From NCBI GenBank assembly GCA_963808125.1, contig CAWEEP010000056.1:19759-83758 (forward strand): 64,000 bases of DNA, written 5' to 3'. Origin of the DNA: Candidatus Dormiibacterota bacterium (lineage in GTDB: Bacteria > Chloroflexota > Dormibacteria > Aeolococcales > Aeolococcaceae). The position numbers were made by a program, and so were the translations under genes. Under the pieces are notes generated by a model. That model made no database searches, had not been told where the DNA came from, and saw nothing but the letters and a program-made list of their open reading frames with translations. Below are positions 19,006-28,753 of the stretch, piece after piece (position 1 is the stretch's first letter; each line of letters opens with the position of its first letter).

Positions 19006-19932
19006 CTATGGGGATCCGGGTGTGTCGATCTGGTGCCACACTCCGCCGTACAGGGTGATGCCGTTGCCGGTGTCCTGGCCGGGGCCCAAGTCGCCGGCGT
19101 ACGTGTAGAGCGGATGGCCGTCGAAGGTGGTCTGGGTCGAGCCGTCTGGTCTCAGGATCGTGCCCAGCGTTCCGCTCACGCCTGCGCTTGAGGTCGAGGC
19201 GCCGATCACCGGCGGCCAGTACTGGGCACAGGTGTCGTTGCAGTTCGAAGCACTGGACGTGTCGCGCCCAAACCAGTACAGCGTGTATCCCTGCGCGTCA
19301 GTCAACACCGTGACAGCGCCGACGGTGCCGGTCTTCAGCACCGTTCCGTTTGCGCTCGTGTCCGTCGTGCGGGCCGCCGCCACGGAGATGCCGAGCAGCA
19401 GCGCCGCCAGGATGGTGACGCAGGCGGCGACCCGCCGGAGGCCTGGGACGCCGGTCAGAAGCCGGTCGAAGAGGGCGTCGACGCGAGCCGCACGCCGCGC
19501 GACCCCGGAGCGGCCCCCAGAAGCGACAGCCAGCCAGGCGAGCGTCGCGAAGGCGGCCACCTCGACGCAGCCGGCCGCAATCCCGGCCGCGGTGCGGATC
19601 TCATGGAAGCCGAAGAGCCCGACCCGCAGCGCCACCAGGTAACCGCCCAGTGCCGAGAGCGCGAGCAGCGCGCCGGCCGCCGAGGCCAGCCGGCTGCGGG
19701 TCACCAGGATGATGGCGGTGAGGCCGAAGGCGGCGATCACCTGCAGCAGGAAGAGCGGTGCGATCGTCGGGATCGACCCGTAGCCGGTGATGTAGAGGTC
19801 GAGGTGGATGGCTCCGGCCGCCGCCAGCAGCCCTGCCCCGCCGAATCGCAGGACGCTCGCCGTCCTAGCCGTCCCGGGTCGTCGCTCTCTGCCCATGCCC
19901 GCCACTACGTCCCAACCAATGCACAGGTTCAT
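19006..19932 (-). CDS. membrane domain fused to two COG4315/PF03640-type secreted repeats
   Basis: About 4 N-terminal TM helices. The C-terminal half has LTDAQGYTLYWFGRD and FDGHPLYTYAGD, which are Y-x-[FWY]-x-x-D repeat motifs. Confidence 0.6.
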   Translation of the reverse strand: MNLCIGWDVVAGMGRERRPGTARTASVLRFGGAGLLAAAGAIHLDLYITGYGSIPTIAPLFLLQVIAAFGLTAIILVTRSRLASAAGALLALSALGGYLVALRVGLFGFHEIRTAAGIAAGCVEVAAFATLAWLAVASGGRSGVARRAARVDALFDRLLTGVPGLRRVAACVTILAALLLGISVAAARTTDTSANGTVLKTGTVGAVTVLTDAQGYTLYWFGRDTSSASNCNDTCAQYWPPVIGASTSSAGVSGTLGTILRPDGSTQTTFDGHPLYTYAGDLGPGQDTGNGITLYGGVWHQIDTPGSP

Positions 19933-20237
19933 TCCTGCGGGCCGGGCCGGCCGAGACAGTCACCCAAGGCACGGGGCAGCCGACCAAGGGCGGCCAGCGC
20001 CCCGTCCACCCTGGGCAGCAGATGAGTGAGACACCAGACGTCCCCGTCGAAGTGTCGGGGATTGCGGAGAGCCTGCTGCTGCCGGTGTGCAGCCGCGGGA
20101 TGGAGGCTGGCCGTCCCCATGGCCAGATCCATGACCCGATCGCGGCGCGGCCTCGCTTCGCGAAGGCCCAACCCGCGGCGTGAGCCGGGCTCCGGTCCCA
20201 CGCGCGGGGTTGGCTGCGACCGCGGAATTCGGCCGTC

Positions 20238-20732
20238 TTACGGCCCCACCTCAGCCAGGCTGCCGGTCCGGACGTCATAGACAAAGCCGCGAACATCGTC
20301 CGTGTGGGGAAGGAAGGGGCTCAGCCTGATCCGGGCGATCGACTGCCTCACATCGCCCTCGAGGTCGGAAAACGCCTCCAGAGCAAAGGGCGGCCGGACC
20401 CCGGTCTCCCTCTCGATCTGCGCCTTCACCTCGTCGTCGTGGAAGGTCAGCATGCCGCAGTCGGTGTGGTGGATGAGGAGGATCGAGCGCGTGCCCAGCA
20501 GCCGCTGCGAGATCACCAGCGAGCGGATGGCGTCGTCCGTCGCCGCCCCGCCGGCATTGCGGATGATGTGCGCGTCACCGATCTCCAAACCCAGGATCTT
20601 GGCGACGTGCAGGCGCGCGTCCATGCAGGCCAACACGGCGATGCCCGTCGCCGGGGGCAGCGGCGCGGTGCCGGAGTGGAAGTCGGAAACATAGGTGGCG
20701 TTCTGCTCCACCGCATGATCGATCGCGGACAT
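20238..20732 (-). CDS. beta-class carbonic anhydrase
   Basis: Intact 164 aa ORF. CMDAR and HHTDCG are the zinc-ligand motifs. Confidence 0.85.
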   Translation of the reverse strand: MSAIDHAVEQNATYVSDFHSGTAPLPPATGIAVLACMDARLHVAKILGLEIGDAHIIRNAGGAATDDAIRSLVISQRLLGTRSILLIHHTDCGMLTFHDDEVKAQIERETGVRPPFALEAFSDLEGDVRQSIARIRLSPFLPHTDDVRGFVYDVRTGSLAEVGP

Positions 20733-21264
20733 GGATTCACTCCTGATGAAGACTGTGTGAACCGGCGCGCCATCGCGGCAGCGCGGCGGTCAGGGCAGGG
20801 AAAGCTCAGTCCGAGACGGGGATTCCCACCGTCACCTGACGGCGTGCTGGCCGTTCAGAGGGGACGGCAGCTCCCGTCTCTGCGTGGACAGCGATGACTG
20901 CGGCAGCGGCCGAAATCGACCCAGCGCCGGCGCGTCAGGGGATGCAGCACGTCACGAACCATGGGCGGATGGTAACCGCCGCCCGTGCGCAGCGTCAATC
21001 GCCAATCTGCGGTGGCCCAGCCGGCACCGCACCCGTGTTTGGCAAAGCGGGACAGGCATTTCGCATGACTTCACCGCCGGTCTGCGTCCCCGCTCTCGAG
21101 GGCGCCGGCCGTCGGCCGGTGCCGGCCCTCTCCGCCTCAGCAACAGATTGATGCGTTCATCGAGGACCGGTAGGACGCGGCGTGGCCGCCCTACAATCCG
21201 GGCGACTTCGGGTCGGACGCGGCTTGACGAGAGCCGCGGAGGCCTGACGCAAAGGGAGAGGCGC

Positions 21265-21733
21265 ATGTCGGACACGAAAGTCCTCGCACCCGATGGCCCC
21301 ACCGCGACCACGGCCCCTGAACGCATCTCATTGTTCCAGCGCGTCGCCGACAGGGTCAGCTACGGGATGGGATCCCACCAACATCGGCATCTGGATCCTC
21401 ATCGTCGTCGGCTGGACGCTGCTCTTCGCGCTCCACATCGTCGCCCCCAGCGGAAGCTTCCTGCCCACGTGGTTCACCTCGACCGGCTTCAACTTCCCTC
21501 TCAACCTGGTGACGACCGTCGCCGAGCTGTACATCGGATTCCTGGTGGGCGCCTCGTCCAACCGCTCGGAGCGGAATCTCGAGGCCACGCTCGGCCGTCT
21601 GACCGCCCAGGAGGAGCAGATCTCGGACGTCGAGGCGAGGCTGTCGAAGACCCTCGAGATCAACACCGCGCTGACGCGGGAGGTCCACCAGCTGACCAAG
21701 CTGATCCACGAGACCGTGTGCGCTCCGAAGTGA
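21265..21733 (+). CDS. low-affinity iron permease (Fet4-like)-family membrane protein; frameshift about 21370
   Basis: An AGGGAGAG RBS precedes the ATG at 21265. MSDTKVL..ISLFQRVADRVSYGMG then switches to the frame of ORF 21293..21733 (PTNIGIWILIVVGWTLLFALH..FNFPLNLVTTVAELYIGFLV). Confidence 0.55.
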
Positions 21734-21800
21734 GGCGGGGGTGCCCGGCGGGCGGCGTCGCTGACCTCCCGGCGGGGCAACCTCGGTGCGCTGCTGCGGC

Positions 21801-21971
21801 TCAGACCGCGGTCTCGTCCGCCGTCTCCGCACCGGCCGGGTCGGCGGCATCCGCATCAGCGGTTGCCCCTTCCTTGGCGGCCTCACTGGTGACGTCTGGC
21901 TCGTCTGCCTCCTGCTCGTCAACCTCTTCCTCGTCGAGGTCCTCGGCCGAGATCGCCGTCAATTCGGTCAT
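21801..21971 (-). CDS. small, extremely acidic hypothetical protein
   Basis: MTELTAISAEDLDEEEVDEQEADEPDV.. lies within ORF 21801..22034. No recognisable family. Confidence 0.35.
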   Translation of the reverse strand: MTELTAISAEDLDEEEVDEQEADEPDVTSEAAKEGATADADAADPAGAETADETAV

Positions 21972-22218
21972 GGCACAGATCCCCTTCTGGCGCGCCGGTC
22001 CTAGGCGCCGCCTTGGGGCAGTGTTGCAGCGCACCGGTATCGGCCGGGGGATGGGCGGGTTAACCGGCGGCGTCCGCCCGGTTAGCCGTTGGCCGAGTTC
22101 CCGTGATGACGCACCTCCGGCTGTGACCAGAGCGTGCCGTCACTTCTCTACCATCCGGTGACCCCACCTCGGGACGGTGTGGGGCGACGAAACCGAAGCC
22201 GGACAGAGTGGGGTTGGC

Positions 22219-23136
22219 ATGACTGCCGTCGTCGAGGTCGAGCACCTGCGCAAGGCGTACGGCAGCGTGGTCGCGGTCGACGACGTGTCGTTCACCGTCG
22301 AGCAGGGTGAGATCTTCGGCCTGCTCGGGCCCAACGGCGCCGGCAAGACCACGACCGTCGAGTGCATCGAGGGGCTGCGCCGCCCCGACAGCGGCCGGAT
22401 CATGGTCCTCGACCTGGATCCCGCCCGCCAGACCCGCGAACTGCGGCGGCGGATCGGCTGCCAGCTGCAGCAGGCGGCTCTGCCCGACCGGATCAAGGTG
22501 TGGGAGGCGCTGGACCTGTTCAGCTCCCTGGCGCCCCAGAAAGTCGGCTGGCGCACGGCTCCGGACCACTGGGGGCTGAGGGGCAAGTGGGGGTCGGCGT
22601 TCTCCAGCCTCTCCGGAGGCGAGCAGCAGCGGCTCTTCGTCGCCCTGGCCTTGATCAACCAGCCACAGGTGGTGTTCCTCGACGAACTCACCCAGGGGCT
22701 CGACCCGGCCGCCCGCCGGGTCGCCTGGGACCTGGTCCGGGCAGTGCGCGACCGGGGCGCCACCGTGCTCCTGGTGACGCACTTCATGGACGAGGCGCAG
22801 CAGCTCTGCGACCGTGTCGCCGTGGTGCACCAGGGTCGGATCGTGGCGGTGGACAGTCCCCAGGGCCTGATTCACCGGTACGGCGCGGGTGTCCGCGTGG
22901 TGTTCTCCCTGCCACCCGGCGCGGACGCCAGCTGGCTGAGCCAGACGCCGCACGTCAGCCGATTCGTCCGCCACGGCCCGAGGCTCGAGGTGAGCGGCGA
23001 CGGGCCCTTGCTGGCGCACGTCGGCGCCGCGCTCATCGCCCACGGCATCGAACCCGACGACCTCCGCGTCGAGCAGCCGACGCTAGAGGACGTCTTCCTC
23101 AACCTCACCGAGGCTCCGGAGGGGACGGAGCGGTGA
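22219..23136 (+). CDS. ABC transporter ATP-binding protein (ABC-2/DrrA-like)
   Basis: Walker A GPNGAGKTT, signature LSGGEQQRL and Walker B VFLDELTQGLD. The start is at MTAVVEVEHL. Confidence 0.9.
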   Translation: MTAVVEVEHLRKAYGSVVAVDDVSFTVEQGEIFGLLGPNGAGKTTTVECIEGLRRPDSGRIMVLDLDPARQTRELRRRIGCQLQQAALPDRIKVWEALDLFSSLAPQKVGWRTAPDHWGLRGKWGSAFSSLSGGEQQRLFVALALINQPQVVFLDELTQGLDPAARRVAWDLVRAVRDRGATVLLVTHFMDEAQQLCDRVAVVHQGRIVAVDSPQGLIHRYGAGVRVVFSLPPGADASWLSQTPHVSRFVRHGPRLEVSGDGPLLAHVGAALIAHGIEPDDLRVEQPTLEDVFLNLTEAPEGTER

Positions 23137-23873
23137 GAACATCGGCATTCGCGAAGCTGACCTGGCTCGAGATGAAGCTCTTCTTCCGCGAACCCCTGGC
23201 GGTGGGGTTCACGCTCGCCTACCCCATCGTCGTCATGTTCGTCATCGCCGGGGTCTTCAGCACGTCGCACGAGGGCTTCCGCGGCGCCGGCGGTGCCGAG
23301 TACTACGTCGTCAGCAACATCGCGGTGGTCATCGGGGCCATGGGCCTGATCGCCCTCCCCCCGCACATCGCGTCGTATTTCGAGCGCGGCATCATGCGCC
23401 GCTTCCGAGCCTCGTCGGTGCCCATCAGCGCCGTCATCGCGGCCCAGACGCTGGTGTGCTTCGCGGTGGCCGTGGCGGCCGCAGCCCTGCTCCTGCTGGT
23501 GGCTCGCCCGGCGTACGCATACAACGTCCCGCGGTCGGTCGCCGGGGTCGTCCTCGGCTTCGCCGTCGGGCAAACCGCCTTCCTGGCGCTGGGCCTGCTC
23601 GTCGCCGCCATCTTCCCCACCTCCCGGTCGGCGCAGGGGATCGGCCTGGTCCTCTTCTTCCCCCTCTACCTGATCTCCGGTGCGGGGCCGCCCCTGTCGG
23701 TCCTCCCCAGCACGATGCGAGCCATGGCGAACTTCGATCCCCTCAACTACGCGGTGCGAGCACTCCAGGATCCCTGGTTCGGATACGGCATCACGGGGAC
23801 AAACCTGGTCGTCCTGGCGGGGATCGCCGTCGCCGGCGGCACGGGCGCCGCCCTCCTCTTCCGGCGGCGCTGA
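23133..23873 (+). CDS. ABC-2-type transporter permease
   Basis: A GTG at 23133 overlaps the ATPase stop (GTGA). Six hydrophobic helices in the tail of ORF 22362..23873. Confidence 0.8.
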   Translation: MRTSAFAKLTWLEMKLFFREPLAVGFTLAYPIVVMFVIAGVFSTSHEGFRGAGGAEYYVVSNIAVVIGAMGLIALPPHIASYFERGIMRRFRASSVPISAVIAAQTLVCFAVAVAAAALLLLVARPAYAYNVPRSVAGVVLGFAVGQTAFLALGLLVAAIFPTSRSAQGIGLVLFFPLYLISGAGPPLSVLPSTMRAMANFDPLNYAVRALQDPWFGYGITGTNLVVLAGIAVAGGTGAALLFRRR

Positions 23874-23880
23874 GCTGCGC

Positions 23881-24550
23881 CTAGTCGTCCGCGGACGGAT
23901 GGAACGGCTCGAGGTGCTCGAGATCGCCTTCCGTCAGATGGGCGAAGAGGGCCAGGTCGTCACTTCGCCCCAGGAAACGCACCTGCAGGAGGACGTCCTC
24001 CTTGAAGAAGCCCACGGGGTGCGCCACGATGCCGGCGAGTTCGCCGCCATCCAGCACCACGTCCCTAACCGTGCCCAGCTTCTTCCCCGCGTGGCCCAGC
24101 ATCACGTTCTCGCCGCGCCTGATCTCGAGCTCGTCGAGACTTCTTGCGGGCCGCCTCGACGAGCGGCGGGGCGAACATGCCGCCGCCGACCTCGGCGATG
24201 AGCACCCGCTCCTCGTCCCCCCTGTCGAGGGCGGCGAACTGGTAGGTGAGATACGGAACGGTACGGCGCGCCTCGGCCGCTGTGATCGACAGGGTGATCT
24301 GGCTGTGCTCCACCTCGCGGACGGCGCCGATGGGGATGGCGATGTCGTCCTCCATGAGGGCCGCGACCGCCTCGTGGTGCCCGGAGAAGTGGCGCGTCTC
24401 CCTGACCACGAGGGCATGGACGCCGGAGCTCTCGCGATCGATGACGATGAACCTCAGGGAGCCGATGTGCCTTCCGTCCGAGGAGAAGACCCTCGCCCCG
24501 AAGTGGAAGTCCTCTGCTCGCCTCGCCTGCGCCGGGCTGATATCGCTCAT
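23881..24550 (-). CDS. PRC-barrel-domain protein (two barrels), frameshift about 24140
   Basis: The N-terminal half is in ORF 24065..24550 (VFSSDGRHIGSLRFIVID). The C-terminal half is in ORF 23881..24417 (VMLGHAGKKLGTVRDVVLDGGELAGIV). Confidence 0.6.
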
Positions 24551-24637
24551 GAGGTGATTCTAGCCGTCGGCTGGCGAGGCCCCGGGAGCCATCGACCGCT
24601 CACCACGGTCCGCCCCGCCGGCCCTCCGGCGGGCGCG

Positions 24638-25050
24638 TGCTCACGGCACGGCGGGCGAGGGTCGGCAGGCAACGAGAGTGAAGAACTCGCCTCCAGCCAT
24701 GGCGATCGCCTCGGACCCAGGCGGGAGCTTCACCTCGGCGGGCAGGAGAGGAGCGGGTGACGCCCCGGGGAGCGGGAGATCGGCAGGGACGTCTCCGGAC
24801 GGTCTCCCCGCACGAGCAGTGAGCCGCCAGAGGTGATTGCCAGGCTGTAGAGCCCCGGCAGCGCTGCCGGAGACGCTGTCGCCGTTCGGCATGGCCGCGG
24901 GTTCCGGCAGCGAACTGCCCCCGGTCGTGCCGTTCCCCATCTGACCGAAGGAGTCGTCCCCCACTCCACGACCGTGCCGTCCCAATCCCGCGCCGTTGAC
25001 ACACCGCCATGGGTGACCGAAGATCACCCGTGGCTGCAGAGATCAGCCCA
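24638..25050 (-). pseudogene. RCC1/BLIP-II-type repeat protein remnant (truncated and frameshifted)
   Basis: DGTVVEWG, GDDSFGQMGNGTTGGSSLPEP and AIAMAGGEFFTLVA are scattered over three frames, making about 2.5 repeats. There is no N-terminal part. Confidence 0.35.
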
Positions 25051-25091
25051 GCCCGCCCTATTCGATGCCATCGCACAGTGAGGAGTTTGGG

Positions 25092-25778
25092 ATGACTGAT
25101 GAAGTGATCAGATCAGAGCTCGCTGAACGGATCGTCCCCGGCAAACGGCTTGGGCGGCATATCGTCCATGACGCCCGATCGCGAAACTTCCCAGCAGATC
25201 GCGCCGTGCAGATCGTGAGCGTCACTCACCAGGCGCACGGGTTGCCTCTCGATCAGGGCCAGATCGGATCGTGCACGGCCAACGCCCTGTGCGGGTCGCT
25301 CGATTCATCCCCCGATTTCACCGGTGGTGCTCCTCGCTTGGAGAACGACGCCATTCACCTCTATGAGGTGGAGACGAGGTTGGAGGGCAAGCCATATCCC
25401 CCGAATGACCCGGGCGGCAGCGGCCTTGAGGTGTGCAAGGCGGCCAAGCAGCTGGGCTGGATAACCGCGTACAAGCACGCGTTTGGCATCGAGGACGGCC
25501 TCCTCGCACTGGTGGTTCGGCCAGTGATCACGGGAATCAACTGGTACACCAGCTTCGACACCCCTGATGCCACGGGCCTTGTCGTCATCGCCGCCGGCGC
25601 CACGATACGGGGTGGCCACGAAGTCGTCGCCGACCAGATCGATGCGACGAACCAGCGAGTGTGGTTCTGGAACAGCTGGGGTCCCAGCTACGGCGTCGCC
25701 GGCCGGTTCTGCATGTCCTTTGACACTTGGCAACAACTGCTCGAGCAGCAGGGTGATGTCACGGTGCCAATGCCGTAG
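25092..25778 (+). CDS. papain-like (C1-type) cysteine peptidase without a signal peptide
   Basis: A GAGGAG RBS lies 6 nt before the ATG at 25092. QGQIGSCTANA (Gln/Cys), IRGGHEVV (His) and FWNSWG (Asn-Ser-Trp) occur in papain order. Local GC is visibly lower. Confidence 0.7.
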   Translation: MTDEVIRSELAERIVPGKRLGRHIVHDARSRNFPADRAVQIVSVTHQAHGLPLDQGQIGSCTANALCGSLDSSPDFTGGAPRLENDAIHLYEVETRLEGKPYPPNDPGGSGLEVCKAAKQLGWITAYKHAFGIEDGLLALVVRPVITGINWYTSFDTPDATGLVVIAAGATIRGGHEVVADQIDATNQRVWFWNSWGPSYGVAGRFCMSFDTWQQLLEQQGDVTVPMP

Positions 25779-25817
25779 GGGTGCGTCTCTAGAGCAGCAC
25801 CCCGAACTGCCCTGCCA

Positions 25818-26024
25818 TCAATGTTCCACCCGCGGCCGATGCGCACGTGTCCGCCATGACCGCAGCCCGACGAGCACGGAGCCGACGAGCAGCAGCTCGG
25901 CGGTTGTGACGACCACGACGTCGAATCGGTGGTTGAAACCACCGTAGACCAGCGCAGACAGCACAAGGAGGGCAGCAACCGAAACGATCGATGCCTTGGC
26001 GAGACGGCGGATGATTGACAGCAT
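25818..26024 (-). CDS. small 2-TM hypothetical membrane protein
   Basis: 68 aa ORF with two hydrophobic helices. It sits between the peptidase gene and the tRNA. Confidence 0.4.
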   Translation of the reverse strand: MLSIIRRLAKASIVSVAALLVLSALVYGGFNHRFDVVVVTTAELLLVGSVLVGLRSWRTRAHRPRVEH

Positions 26025-26082
26025 CTACTTCAAGCTCCTGCTTAGCAGCAGAATCCTGTCCTGAACTCACATGTGCCGGCTG

Positions 26083-26156
26083 TCGGGGAGCGCGGACTCG
26101 AACCGCGGACCCCTGGTCCCCCAGACCAGTACTCTAACCATCTGAGCTACTCCCCG
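26083..26156 (-). tRNA. tRNA-Pro (anticodon GGG)
   Basis: Folded by hand: acceptor CGGGGAG/CTCCCCG, D arm GCTC..GAGT, anticodon stem CTGGT/ACCAG with loop CTGGGGG, T arm CGCGG-TTCGAGT-CCGCG, discriminator A. It is 74 nt and CCA is not encoded. Confidence 0.9.
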
Positions 26157-26248
26157 ACGGGTCCGCCCCCAGTGTAGCGGAAGCCCTCACACGCCTTCCC
26201 CAGAGCCCGCCGGGACCCACCGGCGATCACCCAGGAGCCGATCACGCC

Positions 26249-26794
26249 ATGACCACGGAAGCCGTCCCCGACGCCCTCTTCGACGCCGCCCTCGACCAGA
26301 TGCAGGACCTCATCGACGCCACTCGGCCCGATCAGATGGCACTGCCCACTCCCTGCGACGACTGGGACGTCCGGGCCCTGATCAACCACATCGTCGGCGG
26401 ACCGGCCGGCTTCGCCGCCCGGGCCTCCGGGAAGACCGCCGGCTGGAGCGCCCCGCAGGGGGACCTTCTCGGGGACGATCCCGCTGCGGCCTTCCGCGCG
26501 GCAAGGCGGAGCCTGGAGGCGGCCTTTCTGGAATACCCACAGGCCGCCGGGCAATCCCGGCCCTTCATGATCGGCGAGAGCGCCGTCCACGCTTGGGATC
26601 TCGCCCAGGCGACCGGGCAGGTGGCACGCCTGGACCCGGCCCTGGCCGAGGCCGGGCTGGCGGTGCTTCGCACCGTGCTGACCGCCGAACGGCGGGCGGG
26701 GAGCGACGCCTTCGGCCCCGAGGTGCCCGTCTCCCCCGACGCGCCCGCCTACTTGCGGCTGGCGGGGTTCCTGGGACGCCAACCTCTGGGCTGA
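26249..26794 (+). CDS. TIGR03086 / mycothiol-maleylpyruvate-isomerase N-terminal (DinB-like) family protein
   Basis: Intact 181 aa ORF with PTPCDDWDVRALINHIVGG and ESAVHAWDLAQATG, which are characteristic of the family. Confidence 0.7.
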   Translation: MTTEAVPDALFDAALDQMQDLIDATRPDQMALPTPCDDWDVRALINHIVGGPAGFAARASGKTAGWSAPQGDLLGDDPAAAFRAARRSLEAAFLEYPQAAGQSRPFMIGESAVHAWDLAQATGQVARLDPALAEAGLAVLRTVLTAERRAGSDAFGPEVPVSPDAPAYLRLAGFLGRQPLG

Positions 26795-26848
26795 ACCGGC
26801 TACGATGCGGCGGCCGCGCCGAACCGCGCCGCCGTCGCGACGGGCAAC

Positions 26849-27676
26849 GTGGGCGAGCCTCTGCGCGCGCGGCGCCACACGACTGATTGGAGGCATGACG
26901 CCTTGCCGCAGACACGCAAGCGCACCCCCAGGGCGGCGGAGGGGACCGGCGACGGCGCGCGGGAACGGACGCTCGTCATCCTGCCGACCTTCAACGAGCG
27001 GCTGAACCTGGAGGCGATCACCGCCGGAGTCCGCGGGCAGGGCTGCGACGTTCTGGTGGTGGACGACAACTCGCCGGACGGGACGGGCGACCTCGCTGAC
27101 GCCCTCGCCCTCGCCGACCTGCGGGTTGACGTCCTCCACCGGTCGGGCAAGCTTGGCCTGGGCACCGCCTATATCGCCGGGCTCCACCACGGCGTCGCGA
27201 ACGGGTACGACCTGCTCGTCACCATGGATGCGGACGGCTCTCACAACCCCGTCCACCTGCCCGCCCTGATCGCCGCCGCCCGCAGGTCGCACGGCGTCGC
27301 CATCGGCTCGCGTACGTGCCGGGGGGCGCCATCGTGGGCTGGAAGCGGCATCGCCTCGCGCTCTCCTGGACCGCCGACACGTATGCCCGCACCATCCTCG
27401 GCATCCGTGTCCACGACTGCACCTCGGGGTACCGCTGCTACCCCGCGCCGTCATCGAGCGCATCGATCTCGACCGCATCGTCGCCGACGGCTACGCCTTC
27501 CTCATCGAGATGCTGCATCTGCCTCAACCTACGCTCCCCCGTCACCGAGATCCCATCCGCTTCGAGGACCGCCTCGCGGCCGCTCCAAGGTGTCGTCCTC
27601 GGAGATCATCGAGTCGGTGACCCTGGTGCCGCGGCTGCGCCTTCGCGGCCGGCGCGCCCTGCCTATAAGCCGCTGA
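26849..27676 (+). pseudogene. GT2 polyprenol-phosphate mannosyltransferase (Ppm1/DPM1-like), several frameshifts
   Basis: LVILPTFNERLNL, VVDDNSPDGTG and TMDADGSHNP are followed by pieces in other frames: VPGGAIVGWKRHRLALSWTADTYAR..DCTSGYRCY, IDLDRIVADGYAFLIEMLH and SKVSSSEIIESVTL. The start is uncertain. Confidence 0.7.
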
Positions 27677-28683
27677 GGCCCGGCCCCGCAGCTCGTCGGC
27701 GGGGCCGCGCCGCCATGAGGTCGGACAGGGCGGTGGCGATGGGCTTGCCCTCGAAGAGCACCGCGTGGATCTCCAGGGCGATGGGCATGTCCACCCCGTA
27801 CCGCTCCGCCAACCGCACCGCCGCCCGGGTGGCGTTCACCCTCGGCGACCATGTGCGTGGAGGCGATGACCTCGTCGAGCCCACGACCCGGGCCACCGCC
27901 TCGCCGAGCAGGCGGTTGCGCGAATGCGGGCTCATGCAGGTCAGGATGCAGTCGCCGAGCCCGGTGAGGCCGGCGAAGGTCAGCGGCTTGGCGCCGCGAC
28001 CACCCCCAGGCGCGCCATCTCGGCGAGGCCCCGGGTGATGATGGCCGCCTTGCCGTTGTCGCCGATGCCGATGCCGTCGCAGATGCCGGCGGCGATGGCG
28101 ACGACGTTCTTGAGCGCGCCACCGTCTCGACGCCGAGCAGGTCGGGGCTGCTGTAGACGCGGAGCTGCGAGCCGCGTGCAGGTGTCCCGGACGGTCTCGG
28201 CCCAGTCCGGTCGAACCCCGCCACCACGGTGGCCGCCGGCAGCCCCAGGGCCACCTCGACCGCGATGTCGGGACCGCTCATGGCCAGCAGGCGCGGGCGC
28301 CAGCTCTCGCCGAGCACCTCGAGGAGGACCTGGCTCATGGTGCGCAGGCCATCGAGGTCGAAGCCCTTGGCGGCGCTCATCACGGCAGCGGCCGGCTCCA
28401 GGTGCGGCGCGGCCAGCCCGGCGATGTCCGAAAGCCCGTGGCTGGGCACGGCCACGATGACCAGCTCGCCGCCGCGGCAGGCGCGGGCGATGTCGTGGGT
28501 GATGACGATGGAGGGGTCGATCTCCAGGTCGGGGAGGTAGCGGAGGTTGCGCCGGCTGCGCGACATCTCGTCGGCCCGCTCCGCCGTCCGGGCCCAGAGC
28601 CGCACCTCCAGCCCCTTGTGGCAGAGCGTCTGCGCCAGGGCCGTACCCCAAGAGCCGGCGCCGAGGATGGCGACGCGGCGCAT
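27663..28683 (-). pseudogene. gpsA: NAD(P)H-dependent glycerol-3-phosphate dehydrogenase, about 5 frameshifts
   Basis: [17 protein letters not shown].. is in ORF 27529..28683. [35 protein letters not shown] is in ORF 27980..28651. CMSPHSRNRLLGEAV..AVRLAERYGVDMPIALEIHAVLFEG is in ORF 27663..27935. Confidence 0.85.
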
Positions 28684-28753
28684 TAGGAGCGGCTCGGGCC
28701 GCCGGGGCCCTGAGCGGAGGTGGAAATGGTGATGGGCATCGCCGGCGGCGATC

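Noticed and set aside
19929-20201. 90-aa minus-strand ORF whose stop overlaps (ATGA) the start of the COG4315-fusion gene
   Set aside because: The overlap is suggestive of coupling, but the sequence is Arg/Gly/Pro-rich at its start, has no recognisable motif and is of uncertain coding quality.
20884-22161. 425-aa plus-strand ORF spanning the can-Fet4 intergenic region and beyond
   Set aside because: Only the short stretch MSDTKVL..VSYGMG (the start of the Fet4-like gene) is meaningful. The rest is Arg/Pro-rich and overlaps better-supported genes.
21801-23873. Acidic small ORF plus ABC exporter as a RiPP/bacteriocin precursor-exporter pair
   Set aside because: The peptide has no Cys/Ser/Thr-rich core or leader-type motif. 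No modification enzymes are nearby. The genes are divergently oriented.
24551-26156. Complete integrative element with att sites at tRNA-Pro
   Set aside because: There is no integrase gene. I could not find a direct repeat of the tRNA 3' end by eye in the adjacent 1.5 kb. Only an islet or remnant is supportable.
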